DNA of 63,584 nt, filler included, from Candidatus Woesearchaeota archaeon (GTDB taxonomy: Archaea > Nanobdellota > Nanobdellia > Woesearchaeales > CAZJJJ01): NCBI GenBank assembly GCA_046538795.1. It is 6 parts of 6 records of this genome, joined end to end, with 100 filler letters (N's around TTAATTAATTAA, not from the genome) between each part and the next. Parts side by side here need not be neighbours in the genome. Positions count along the whole stretch, not along the records: positions 22,538 to 33,395 come from JBKHIF010000048.1; positions 33,496 to 44,304 come from JBKHIF010000049.1; 4 more parts are not named here. One strand, given 5' to 3'. This document shows positions 27,125-36,340 of this stretch, piece after piece (position 1 is the stretch's first letter; each line of letters starts with the position of its first letter). The notes beneath the pieces were generated by a model. It was not told where the DNA came from, made no database searches, and worked only from the letters and a program-made list of their open reading frames with translations. A program made the translations under genes and the position numbers.

Positions 27125-29125
27125 ATGGATATAGGAAAGACAAGATCAAAAGAGGTGTATTCTGGAAGATTTGATGTAGATGATCTTATATCAAATTTTA
27201 CAAAGATACGCGAATTCTCAGATGATTCACTTGATGTGCTTAACAAGATTCTTGATCTATATGAGATGAAAATATCTTATGAGGTAAAACTTGGGAAATT
27301 ATATAAGGATTACCTGAAAGGTTTCATGGGCTATGTTGCTTATAATAAGTCGCTAAAAGCATTCTTGGGAGATAAATCTGAAGAAGAGCTTTTTTCTGAG
27401 ATTAAACATAATATAAAAGGTCTTTTGGAAAAGCTTGTCGCAATGAATTCTTTTATTTTTCAGGGCATATATTCTTATGAGCCAAAAATCAATGTCAAAT
27501 CTTATGAGCTTAAGAAAAAGGCTTTGCCTTCTATTGAGAAACCTACTTTCAGCGTAGTCAGGTTACTTGATAAGAGGCAGGATAAGTCTGCACCAAAAGA
27601 AACTCAGAAAACCGATGAAAAACCAATTGTTACAGGTTCTATAAAGAGGTTTGAAAAGGTACAAAAAAAGATACCTGACATTCCTGCTCCTGGCATGCCT
27701 GCTCCTCTTCCTGAGAAAAAAACATTCAGGGTCACTCCTGAAAAGATTGAACAGATCAGAAAATTGAAAAAAGATTCAGGCGATATATGGGATGAAAATC
27801 CTGATGATTTTCTAAAACTCAAAAGCATACCAAAGCCGGTTCCTAATCAGTCAATATCAGATATTGTAGGCAAGTTTGGAGAAAAAAAAGATTCTGTTTT
27901 CACCGATGATTCAAAAGCAGGCAAAAAAAGAAAAAATCATGTGTTCATTGAAGCTATCGGATCTTTTTTCAGAACAAAGAAAAAATCCATATTTGATAAG
28001 AACAGGAAAAATATGAAAAAAGATACGCTTATAGATAATTTCATAAGGAAGAAAAAGAAGGATGAATCTGTTCTTTCTCAAAAGACAGTGCTTTCTGAAA
28101 GGTTCAAAAATATAAGAAAGATAAGATATGATGCAAATCAAGAAAAAGAGCTTAATCTGGGCATGATGTCTGAGCAGATTGGAAATGATGTTTTCAGGAC
28201 TAAGAGAGGCAGTTCAGATATTCCTGCAATGACATATTATGCATCATCTTACGGATCTCTTGCAAATATTCTGGTCAAGGATGCAAGCCTTGAACTTATC
28301 AATTCGTTCCCTGATGTTTTTAAGCAGTTATACAGATCCATACGCCTTGCTAATCTTTCTGTACTTTCAAGCACATATACGAACATGATGGTGTTTTCAT
28401 CTATCATTTGTTTTGCAGGCACATCTCTTGTTGCTTTCATAATATCTCTTGCAGTAGGAGCGTCTGCATTGCCTTCTCTTCTTAATTCACTTTTCTTTGG
28501 AATTCTCGGTGCTGTTGCAGTTATCGCAGGATATATGTATTATCCTCATTACAGGATCAAAAAGAGAGAGCAGGACATAAAGACAAACCTTCCTTTTGCA
28601 ATTGATCATATGTCTGCTGTAGTAAGTTCCGGAGTTGCTCCTACATCTATGTTCAAACTCATAGTGCAGTCCAAAGAGTATGGAGAGATATCAAAAGAGA
28701 TTGAAAAGGTTGTCGAATATGTTGATCTTTTCGGTTATGATATAATAACTGCTATAGATACTGTAGCGCTTCTTTCACCTTCACAGGACCTGAAAGAGTT
28801 TTTTGAGGGTTTTATTTCAACTGTCGAATCAGGAGGAGACCTGAAAAAATATCTTCGTGAGAAAGCAGACGCAATGATGGTGCAGTATAAACTTGAAAGG
28901 CAGAAATATACTGAAGTCATATCTACATTTTCAGATGTATATACAGGAATAATGGTCGCATCTCCATTGTTTTTTGTAGCTGCTCTTTCACTCATAAGCG
29001 TACTTGGAGGCGGCATAGGAGGAGTTGATGTGAATGTTATTGTTGTTGTCGGAACATATATATTCATTCCTTTGCTTAACATCATATTCATGGCATTCAT
29101 TGAGGCTACCCAGCCTAACATATAA
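27125..29125 (+). CDS. Pilus platform protein (T2SSF/TadC/ArlJ family) with long N-terminal extension
   Basis: C-terminal half has IKTNLPFAIDHMSAVVSSG, EYGEISKEI, STVESGGDLKKYL and TM helices; about 370 aa of low-complexity basic/Pro-rich sequence precede it. Confidence 0.88.
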   Translation: MDIGKTRSKEVYSGRFDVDDLISNFTKIREFSDDSLDVLNKILDLYEMKISYEVKLGKLYKDYLKGFMGYVAYNKSLKAFLGDKSEEELFSEIKHNIKGLLEKLVAMNSFIFQGIYSYEPKINVKSYELKKKALPSIEKPTFSVVRLLDKRQDKSAPKETQKTDEKPIVTGSIKRFEKVQKKIPDIPAPGMPAPLPEKKTFRVTPEKIEQIRKLKKDSGDIWDENPDDFLKLKSIPKPVPNQSISDIVGKFGEKKDSVFTDDSKAGKKRKNHVFIEAIGSFFRTKKKSIFDKNRKNMKKDTLIDNFIRKKKKDESVLSQKTVLSERFKNIRKIRYDANQEKELNLGMMSEQIGNDVFRTKRGSSDIPAMTYYASSYGSLANILVKDASLELINSFPDVFKQLYRSIRLANLSVLSSTYTNMMVFSSIICFAGTSLVAFIISLAVGASALPSLLNSLFFGILGAVAVIAGYMYYPHYRIKKREQDIKTNLPFAIDHMSAVVSSGVAPTSMFKLIVQSKEYGEISKEIEKVVEYVDLFGYDIITAIDTVALLSPSQDLKEFFEGFISTVESGGDLKKYLREKADAMMVQYKLERQKYTEVISTFSDVYTGIMVASPLFFVAALSLISVLGGGIGGVDVNVIVVVGTYIFIPLLNIIFMAFIEATQPNI

Positions 29126-29143
29126 GATCATAAGAACTTAAAA

Positions 29144-30094
29144 ATGGCAAAAAAATCTGATTTTGGGATCAGGATAAAGTTTGAGACAAGACATCTTGTA
29201 GCTATATGTATAGGGCTTGGCTTTCTCATGATAGATTTTTTTCTTCTGAGAGGAACTTATCTTTTTGCTCCTGTGATTGTTGTAGCACTTACTATAGGCT
29301 GGCTTCCTTACTGGCTTGATTTTTTCATGGAGATCAGGCGGCAGAAAGCGATCGAATCACAATTCCCTGATTTTGTAAGAAATCTTGTAGGAGCGATAAA
29401 ATCAGGCATGCCTGTATCAAAAGCAATAGTCTATGTCGCAAAAAGCGATTATGGTCATCTTGATAAGTTTGTCAAGAAGATGGCTCATCAGATTGAATGG
29501 AGCATACCTGTGCATAAGGCATTTATCAATTTTTCAAGAGATATAGGAAATCCTCTTATCTCGCGTACTATAACTACGGTTATCGAGGCAGAGAAATCTG
29601 GTGGAAATATAGAGGATGTATTAGGATCAATCACATATTCTTTAATCTCTATCAAGAAACTAAAACAGGAAAGAAAAGCTGCGATACAGGGGCAGATTAC
29701 GCAAAGCTATGTCATATTTTTTATTTTCCTTGCAGTACTTATTACTATCCAGAATCTTCTTATTCCTTATATTTCAAAGATTGAGTCAAGTGATGTCACA
29801 GGATCAGGAGGCATCCAGCAGGAATCTGCGCTCAATAATCTGCAAAAACCAGTGGAATTGGACTTTTCAAGTTTTGCTGCGCTATTTTCTTCTATAGGCA
29901 GCTGGTTTACATCACTAACAGGCGTATTTACAATGCTTGCACTTATACAGGCATTTTTTGCAGGTGTTGTTCTTGGAAAATTGGCAGAAGGTGATTTTAA
30001 ATCAGGGCTTAAGCATAGTTTTATCATGATGACAATTTCACTTTTTATAATGACTATCGCAAACTCTCTTTTGGCTAATTCTGCGATTGTATGA
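29144..30094 (+). CDS. Second pilus platform protein (T2SSF family)
   Basis: IESQFPDFVRNLVGAIKSGM, DYGHL, EAEKSGGNIEDVL, QAFFAGVVLGKLAEG...GLKHS. Confidence 0.9.
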   Translation: MAKKSDFGIRIKFETRHLVAICIGLGFLMIDFFLLRGTYLFAPVIVVALTIGWLPYWLDFFMEIRRQKAIESQFPDFVRNLVGAIKSGMPVSKAIVYVAKSDYGHLDKFVKKMAHQIEWSIPVHKAFINFSRDIGNPLISRTITTVIEAEKSGGNIEDVLGSITYSLISIKKLKQERKAAIQGQITQSYVIFFIFLAVLITIQNLLIPYISKIESSDVTGSGGIQQESALNNLQKPVELDFSSFAALFSSIGSWFTSLTGVFTMLALIQAFFAGVVLGKLAEGDFKSGLKHSFIMMTISLFIMTIANSLLANSAIV

Positions 30095-30185
30095 GGCTTA
30101 TTGAAAATTTCACATGAAACACGATTAAAACAAGGTTTCAATGTGCACAGAAATTTAAAAAATATCTTTTCGTTTTTGTGGGGAG

Positions 30186-30225
30186 TTGCCCTGAAAGGGT
30201 ACTCTTCGAGCAGGTCGGGGAATAG
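30186..30225. repeat. 40-bp GC-rich dispersed element, copy 2
   Basis: TTGCCCTGAAAGGGTACTCTTCGAGCAGGTCGGGGAATAG is the reverse complement of 19741-19780. Confidence 0.95.
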
Positions 30226-30342
30226 CCATCGGTTTGAATTATTTTCAGCTGCTTTGGATTTGAAAATTCTTTATTTTTTTTCTATATTGAAAATAATTAT
30301 TGTAGGGAAATATTAAAAAAGCAGTTCGAATTAATGCTCGTT

Positions 30343-31137
30343 ATGCAGGTCGAAATATTTCTCAACAAAAGTGTGGATGAGAATGCCTCTATGTATTTTG
30401 AGGAGGCAAAAAAGGCCAAGAAAAAGATAGAGGGTGTTGAAAAAGCGATAGCTCATGCTAAATCATCTCTTGAGAAGTCTAAGTACGAAGATGAATTAAA
30501 AGATACCTTTTCAGAAAATGTCTCCAAAGAAAAAAAAGAGGCAAGAAAAACAGACTGGTATGAGAATTTCAGGTGGTTTTTTACATCTGAAGGATTTTTG
30601 GTCATTGGCGGAAGAGATGCAAACACCAATGAAAACATCATAAAAAAGCATACAGATAATCACGATATTGTTTTTCATACAGACATGGCAGGAAGTCCTT
30701 TTGTTGTCATAAAGACAGAAGGAAAAAAGCCTGATGATCTTGACATGGAAGAGGCTGCGCAGTTTACTGCCTGCTATTCTCGTGCATGGAAAAAGGGCCT
30801 TGGTTCATCAGAAGTATTCTATGTTGATCCAGAACAGGTCTCAAAAACAGTAAAAGCAGGAGAATTTATGGGAAAAGGCTCATTTATGATATATGGCAAA
30901 AGGAATTACATGAGTCCTGTACTTAAGCTTGCGATAGGGTATTCAGGTGAACGTATAGAATATGGGCCTCTTTCTTCGGTTAAAAAAAGATGCAAGAAAT
31001 ATGTTGAAATTGTTCAGGGAAGCGAGAAAGCATCAAACCTTGCAAAAAAGATCAAGAAAAAGATAGGCGGAGATCTTGATGAGATTGTAAGAGCAATACC
31101 ATCAGGCGGTGCAAGGCTTGTTAAGGGATATGAATAA
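30343..31137 (+). CDS. NFACT-R (DUF814) protein; C-terminal half of Rqc2/NEMF
   Basis: SVDENASMYFEEAKKAKKK, WYENFRWFFTSEGFLVIGGRDA, FHTDMAGSP, YSRAWK, QVSKT...GEFMGKGSFMIYGKRNY; no NFACT-N or HhH domain. Confidence 0.88.
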   Translation: MQVEIFLNKSVDENASMYFEEAKKAKKKIEGVEKAIAHAKSSLEKSKYEDELKDTFSENVSKEKKEARKTDWYENFRWFFTSEGFLVIGGRDANTNENIIKKHTDNHDIVFHTDMAGSPFVVIKTEGKKPDDLDMEEAAQFTACYSRAWKKGLGSSEVFYVDPEQVSKTVKAGEFMGKGSFMIYGKRNYMSPVLKLAIGYSGERIEYGPLSSVKKRCKKYVEIVQGSEKASNLAKKIKKKIGGDLDEIVRAIPSGGARLVKGYE

Positions 31138-31301
31138 GGTTTATCCAGAACAAACTTTTTTTATCCCCTGCAAATGCATTTGTTATTTTATTGCAGAAAA
31201 CTATATAAATCCTGTTTCTATTAATATCTCATGTACAGATTAATGACCTATATTTGATATTGGTTCTTTATTGCCATCACTGTATCCAGGAGGTAGATTA
31301 A

Positions 31302-31691
31302 ATGAAGCTTAAGCTTATGATTGTAGATGATGATTCTGATCTCAGGACTCTTATCAGCCAGAGCCTTAAGGCTATTGATTTAGAATATGAGATAACAGAG
31401 GCAGAATCAGGCGAGGACTGTCTTAAAAAGATCAGGGAGAACAAGCCTCAGGTCATACTTATGGATCTTATGATGCCTGGAATTGATGGTATGGATACAA
31501 CTATAAGAATCAAGCAGGATCCATCGTTCAAGGACATAAAAATAATCTATCTTACTGCAAAGACTGACAAGCTTAGCAAAGGAATGGGTGCCATATCGGG
31601 CGAGGCATATATAGAAAAACCTGTGGATACACAAGTGCTTGACAAAAAAATAAAGGAAGTTTTCATGGGAAAAAGTAATTCACAGCAGTAA
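31302..31691 (+). CDS. Single-domain response regulator (receiver)
   Basis: IVDDD, LMDLMMPGIDG, YLTA, YIEKP; GGAGG SD upstream. Confidence 0.92.
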   Translation: MKLKLMIVDDDSDLRTLISQSLKAIDLEYEITEAESGEDCLKKIRENKPQVILMDLMMPGIDGMDTTIRIKQDPSFKDIKIIYLTAKTDKLSKGMGAISGEAYIEKPVDTQVLDKKIKEVFMGKSNSQQ

Positions 31692-31730
31692 TTTTTTTGC
31701 ATGTGTTTTTTTCATAATGTGGTAGAACAG

Positions 31731-33395
31731 ATGTCTTCAAAAAAAACAGAAAAAAAGAAATTCAGGAGTCTAAAGACATCTGTAGCATATTTATTGATTT
31801 TTCTAAGCATAATCTTTTTGTTTGTTTTTGGCGGCCTTAATTTCTATATACATTTTAATCTTCAGCAGAGCCTCATAAGCGATCACCAGGCTCTTACAGC
31901 TGAAAAGGCTGCTTATCTGGTAGATGAATTTATACTAGATAAAGGAAAAGAACTAAGAATAACTGCTGACATGGGGAATCTTCTTGAATCAGATTATGAT
32001 GAGCAGAAATTAATTCTTGCAAAACTTTTGTCTTCTGATCAGGCTTTTCGCAGAATCCTTTTTTTTGATGAAAACAATAGCGAATCAATAGATGTTTCAA
32101 GAACCACTGAAACAATAGGCTACAATTATTCAAAAATACTTTCTAATTTTTCAGATAATTCTTTTAATTCTTCTATTATGAGTGATTTTATTTATCTAAG
32201 CCAGATTTACATAGACGAATCATCTAATGAACCTCTTGTGCTTCTTGCTGTTCCTGTAACTGATGTTTTTGATAATTTCAGGGGGTTCCTTGCTTCTGAG
32301 ATAAATCTTAAATTTATGTGGAACCTTATAGACAGCTTAAGTCTTGGTGAAAATGGAATTGCATTTGTTATTGATGAAAAAGGAAATCTTCTGGCTTACA
32401 GGGATATAAGCCGTGTGCTTGCAGGAGAAAACCTTGTTTATCTGGATGAGGTAAATGAGATTGTCAATAATGAAAGGCATCAACATCAAAATAATGCCGA
32501 GATCACCCGGGGAATTGAAGGAAACCTTGTTGTGACTACACATTATCATCTTGATACCTCTGACTGGGCTGTTGTTGTTGAACTCCCTTTTAATGAGGCC
32601 TATGAGAGTGTCATAAGCGGAATGATAGCTTCTTCTGTGACTGTGATTTTTACGCTAACCCTTGCTCTTATCTTGGGTTTGTACATCTCAAGAAAAGTTA
32701 CTAATCCAATTATCGATCTTAGAAATGCAGCAATATCTGTAGGTAAAGGTGATCTTGATACAAAAATAAAAATCAAAGAAAACAATGAGATCGGAGAACT
32801 TACATCTTCATTTAACAATATGATTGATAAGTTGTCATGGTCCCGAAAGAAGATTGAAGAGTATAACAAGACCCTTGAGAAAAAGGTATCTGACAGGACT
32901 TCTCAACTTACTGAAAAGGTAGAACAACTCAAGCATGCTGAAAAAAAGCTTAAGGCTGCGAAGAAACAGATCGAATTATTCAACAGGAATCTTGAGAAAA
33001 AGGTAAAGGAACGAACATCAGAATTAAGTTCTGCAAATATACGGATAAAGAGGCTTCTTGCTGTGAAAAGCCAATTCCTTAACCAGGTTGCGCATGATAT
33101 AAGGACGCCTATATACGCAATCTCTTTGTCTTATGAGCTTATAAGGAAAAATGTCTCTTCTAAAAACAAGGAAAATATGGAGATTATGGGCAGAAATATA
33201 ATCTATCTGACAAATCTTGTGAATGATTTCCTTAATATTGCAAGGATCGATGACGGAAAAGTTGATCTTGTTATGAAAAAACAGGATATACGAAAACTTA
33301 TAGATGATGTGATTGAGAGCAATAAGAGAGTGTTTTCTGAACAGAACGTAAAGATCGAAAAAAATATACCTTCTGACATCCCAGATGTTCTGATA
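31731..33395 (+). CDS. Membrane sensor histidine kinase (TM-Cache-TM-HAMP-HisKA), 3'-truncated
   Basis: Two TM helices flank a Cache-like domain (YLSQIY...VPV...WAVVVE); HAMP (NEIGELTSSFNNM); H-box VAHDIRTP. Confidence 0.9.
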
Positions 33396-33495
33396 NNNNN
33401 NNNNNNNNNNNNNNNNNNNNNNNNNNNNNNNNNNNNNNNTTAATTAATTAANNNNNNNNNNNNNNNNNNNNNNNNNNNNNNNNNNNNNNNNNNNN
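33396..33495. other. Artificial contig linker
   Basis: N-run + TTAATTAATTAA + N-run. Confidence 0.98.
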
Positions 33496-33500
33496 AAAAA

Positions 33501-33637
33501 TGTGGGGAAGGGGATTCGAACCCCCGAACCTACTAAAGGACTGGATTCCTCCTAATAGGCGTGATCACAGCGCAATAGTTGCGCTCACCACTCAATTAAC
33601 TTGAGTCCAGCGGATTTGACCGCTTTCCTATCCCCAC
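33501..33637 (-). tRNA. trnL: tRNA-Leu(CAA) with a 53-nt intron at 37/38 (intron 33547-33599)
   Basis: Acceptor GTGGGGA/TCCCCAC, anticodon stem CTGGA/TCCAG, loop CT-CAA-G^A, long variable arm, T-loop TTCGAAT, relaxed BHB (CTCA/GGAG with a TAAT/ATTA extension). Confidence 0.94.
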
Positions 33638-33763
33638 AATGAGAGTCAATCTGATTTCTTAGCGTAAGCGTGCAATGCATGGGATTCCTTTGGAGATCCC
33701 ATCCGTTTATTGTGTAAACGGAAATTGCCGTTTGCGGACTTGACCGCTTTCCTATCCCCACAA
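33610..33763. repeat. Direct repeat of the tRNA-Leu 5' end (33610-33639 vs 33734-33763) enclosing hairpins
   Basis: GCGGA(T/C)TTGACCGCTTTCCTATCCCCACAA, 30 nt with one mismatch, offset 124 bp. Confidence 0.92.
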
Positions 33764-33880
33764 CCGAAAAATCGGTTGACGCTTTGGTCATGTGCTACGT
33801 AAGCTTTGCTTAGTAGCACGAAAATGCATTAACCGTAGTCTTGAAAGAAATCCGGTTTATTTATAAAATTTATTGAAATT

Positions 33881-34219
33881 TCACATCTGGTCAAATCCAA
33901 TTGACTTAAGAATATCTTTTATATTCTCTATTACTCTTGTTTGATCTTTTTTTTCAGACATCCTTATGAACTTTATGAGTAATTCACTTAATTCATCAGA
34001 ACTTCCAAATTTCAAAATGTGCCCATCTGTTATGAAATAAAATCTGAATTTATTATATTTTAATTCTTTAATAACCGTACCTCCAACATTTCCGATAGCC
34101 TTACCTTTTTGAGGGTTTTTTTCAAGAGTTTTCATCAATTCAAAAATTTCTATTGATTTCTGTTTAAAATTTCTTTGAATTTCCTCTCGTAAAGATTTAG
34201 AAATGATTACTTTGGCCAT
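33881..34219 (-). CDS. Putative RelE/ParE-like toxin
   Basis: Small basic protein with a RelE-like layout (VIISKSL...LEKNPQKGK...ELKYNKFRFYF); overlaps the upstream antitoxin-like gene. Confidence 0.65.
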   Translation of the reverse strand: MAKVIISKSLREEIQRNFKQKSIEIFELMKTLEKNPQKGKAIGNVGGTVIKELKYNKFRFYFITDGHILKFGSSDELSELLIKFIRMSEKKDQTRVIENIKDILKSIGFDQM

Positions 34220-34410
34220 TTTTTCTTAGCATCAGATATGGCTTCATCTATTGGAACAGAATCAGAAGTATCATAGAGATAAGACATAAGAATGTTTTTT
34301 TTAGCGACTTCATACATTTTCCGTATTACATCTTCATAACTATCTCCTGTTCTTCCTAAATTACGTATCTTCTCTTTCAAGTCTTCAGATATTGCAATTG
34401 TTGTTGTCAT
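34207..34410 (-). CDS. Putative ribbon-helix-helix antitoxin
   Basis: MTTTIAISEDLKEKIRNLGRTGDSYEDVIRKM is a typical archaeal RHH antitoxin pattern; overlaps the toxin start. Confidence 0.72.
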   Translation of the reverse strand: MTTTIAISEDLKEKIRNLGRTGDSYEDVIRKMYEVAKKNILMSYLYDTSDSVPIDEAISDAKKKWPK

Positions 34411-34510
34411 AAAAGATATAAGGATTATAATATTTATAAAACTTATGTATTTTATCAAAATCTTATTAACGAAACCTATTTAAAGCTTGATATTTGGTTT
34501 CTTAATTCTA

Positions 34511-35461
34511 ATGACAAATGATATTCTATCTGTCAAAGACCTGAAAAAAACTTATCCTAAAAATTCTATTTTTAGCAAGGAAAAACCAGTAACAGCATTG
34601 AAAGGAATTTCTTTTAGTGCAAAACAAGGAGAGATCTTTGGAATACTTGGTCCTAATGGTGCAGGAAAATCTACAGCAATGAACATTCTAGCAGATCTTC
34701 TGACATCTGATTCAGGTTCAATAAATATCTTCGGTTATGATTTTTTCAAGAACAAAGAAAAAATAAAAGAAAACATGTCGCTGATAAATGGTTATGCTTC
34801 TTATCCAACAAAATTGACTGTTTATGAAAACATGAAAATATATGCAAAGATATATGGAGTAAAAGATTACAATAAAAGAATCTTAGAACTCTTAGAACTT
34901 GTAGGAATTCCTGAGAAAAAAAATAAGAAATTTTCTGAACTATCATCAGGTCAAAGAACAAGAGTTAACATAGTAAAAGGTCTTATACACAGTCCTAAAC
35001 TTGTTCTTATGGATGAACCGACAATAGGACTTGATCCGCATATTGCATTGAAGATAAGAAAGCTTATTCGAAAAATAAGCAAGGTAGAAAACACTACGAT
35101 AATATTTACTTCGCATAACATGCAGGAGGTTGAAGAGCTTTGCAGTAGGATTGCTCTTCTTAAAGATGGCAATATCCTGAAGACTGCTTCACCACATGAA
35201 CTTACAGATCTTGTTGATGCACAGGTCTATGAAATAGATTATTCAGGAAACAGTAAAATAGTTAAAAATATATTTTCAAGTTTTGAGACACTCAACATTT
35301 CTATCACTAAAGAGAAAATAAAATTTGAAGCAACAAGAAATTTTGAACTTAATGATCTTTTGAGATCCTTTGTTAAGAACAATATAAATATCGTCCACAT
35401 AAACATAAAAAAACCAAATCTTGAACATATTTTCATAGAAGTCGCAGAGGGAAGACTATGA
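34511..35461 (+). CDS. ABC transporter ATP-binding protein (ABC-2 type)
   Basis: GPNGAGKST, LSSGQ, MDEPTIGLD, SHNM. Confidence 0.95.
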   Translation: MTNDILSVKDLKKTYPKNSIFSKEKPVTALKGISFSAKQGEIFGILGPNGAGKSTAMNILADLLTSDSGSINIFGYDFFKNKEKIKENMSLINGYASYPTKLTVYENMKIYAKIYGVKDYNKRILELLELVGIPEKKNKKFSELSSGQRTRVNIVKGLIHSPKLVLMDEPTIGLDPHIALKIRKLIRKISKVENTTIIFTSHNMQEVEELCSRIALLKDGNILKTASPHELTDLVDAQVYEIDYSGNSKIVKNIFSSFETLNISITKEKIKFEATRNFELNDLLRSFVKNNINIVHINIKKPNLEHIFIEVAEGRL

Positions 35462-36246
35462 TTTCAATAAGAAGAATTTCGGCATTAATGGAACAATATT
35501 TCTATATAACCATAAAAACTTTAGATCGGCTTTCAGATCTGTTTTTCTGGCCGTTCATGTCTCTTCTTTTATGGGGTTTTATGAGCAGGTTTCTTCAGTC
35601 AGGATTTGAAGTAAATATCATCGGGCTTGTCATTGCAGGCTATATGTTTTATCAGTTTTTTCAAAGATGCCAGACAGATATACCGATGTATCTTCTTGAA
35701 GATTTTTGGTCAGATACTCTGCAAAACATATTCAGTACGCCAGTAACAAAATGGGATAAACTCATGAGTCTAGTATTATTTTCTCTTCTTAAATCAGTGA
35801 TAGTTATGGTATTTATCTATCTTGTTGCACTTTTCATGTTTAATTTTAATTTGCTTTCAATAAATCCATTATATCTTGCATTATTTTTTTTTTCATTAAG
35901 CCTTTTTGCAGTAGGCATAGGCATAATAGTTGCAGGAGTTATCTTTAGGTATGGAACACATGTTCAGATGATTGCATGGGGATTTCCTTTCATGATGCAG
36001 CCATTGATGGCAGTATTCTATCCAGTAAGCATACTTCCTCTTGGTCTTCAGATGCTGGCAAAGATTATACCTGCAACCTATGTTTTTGAAGGGCTAAGAG
36101 CAGTAAGAGAAACAGGTGTATTTGACACAGGAAATTATCTAATCTCTATAGGATTGAATATTATTCTTCTTATGGTTGCATGCATGATCTATGCAGCAGG
36201 ATTTAATTACAATAAAAAGCATGGAAAATTAATACATGCAGAATGA
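35458..36246 (+). CDS. ABC-2 type permease
   Basis: Six TM helices, FYPVSILP, IPATYVFEGLR; translationally coupled to the ATPase gene. Confidence 0.9.
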   Translation: MISIRRISALMEQYFYITIKTLDRLSDLFFWPFMSLLLWGFMSRFLQSGFEVNIIGLVIAGYMFYQFFQRCQTDIPMYLLEDFWSDTLQNIFSTPVTKWDKLMSLVLFSLLKSVIVMVFIYLVALFMFNFNLLSINPLYLALFFFSLSLFAVGIGIIVAGVIFRYGTHVQMIAWGFPFMMQPLMAVFYPVSILPLGLQMLAKIIPATYVFEGLRAVRETGVFDTGNYLISIGLNIILLMVACMIYAAGFNYNKKHGKLIHAE

Positions 36247-36340
36247 TTATTTGAATTTTTGCACGATAATTATCCCATAATTATAGTATCGCTTAAATAT
36301 GATTTTTATCATTGTAAGATTATTTATGGGGTGTGTTAAA

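Noticed and set aside
23011..30094. Archaellum operon
   Set aside because: No ArlH (KaiC-like), ArlF/G or ArlC/D/E genes; two separate T2SSF genes fit an adhesive type IV pilus.
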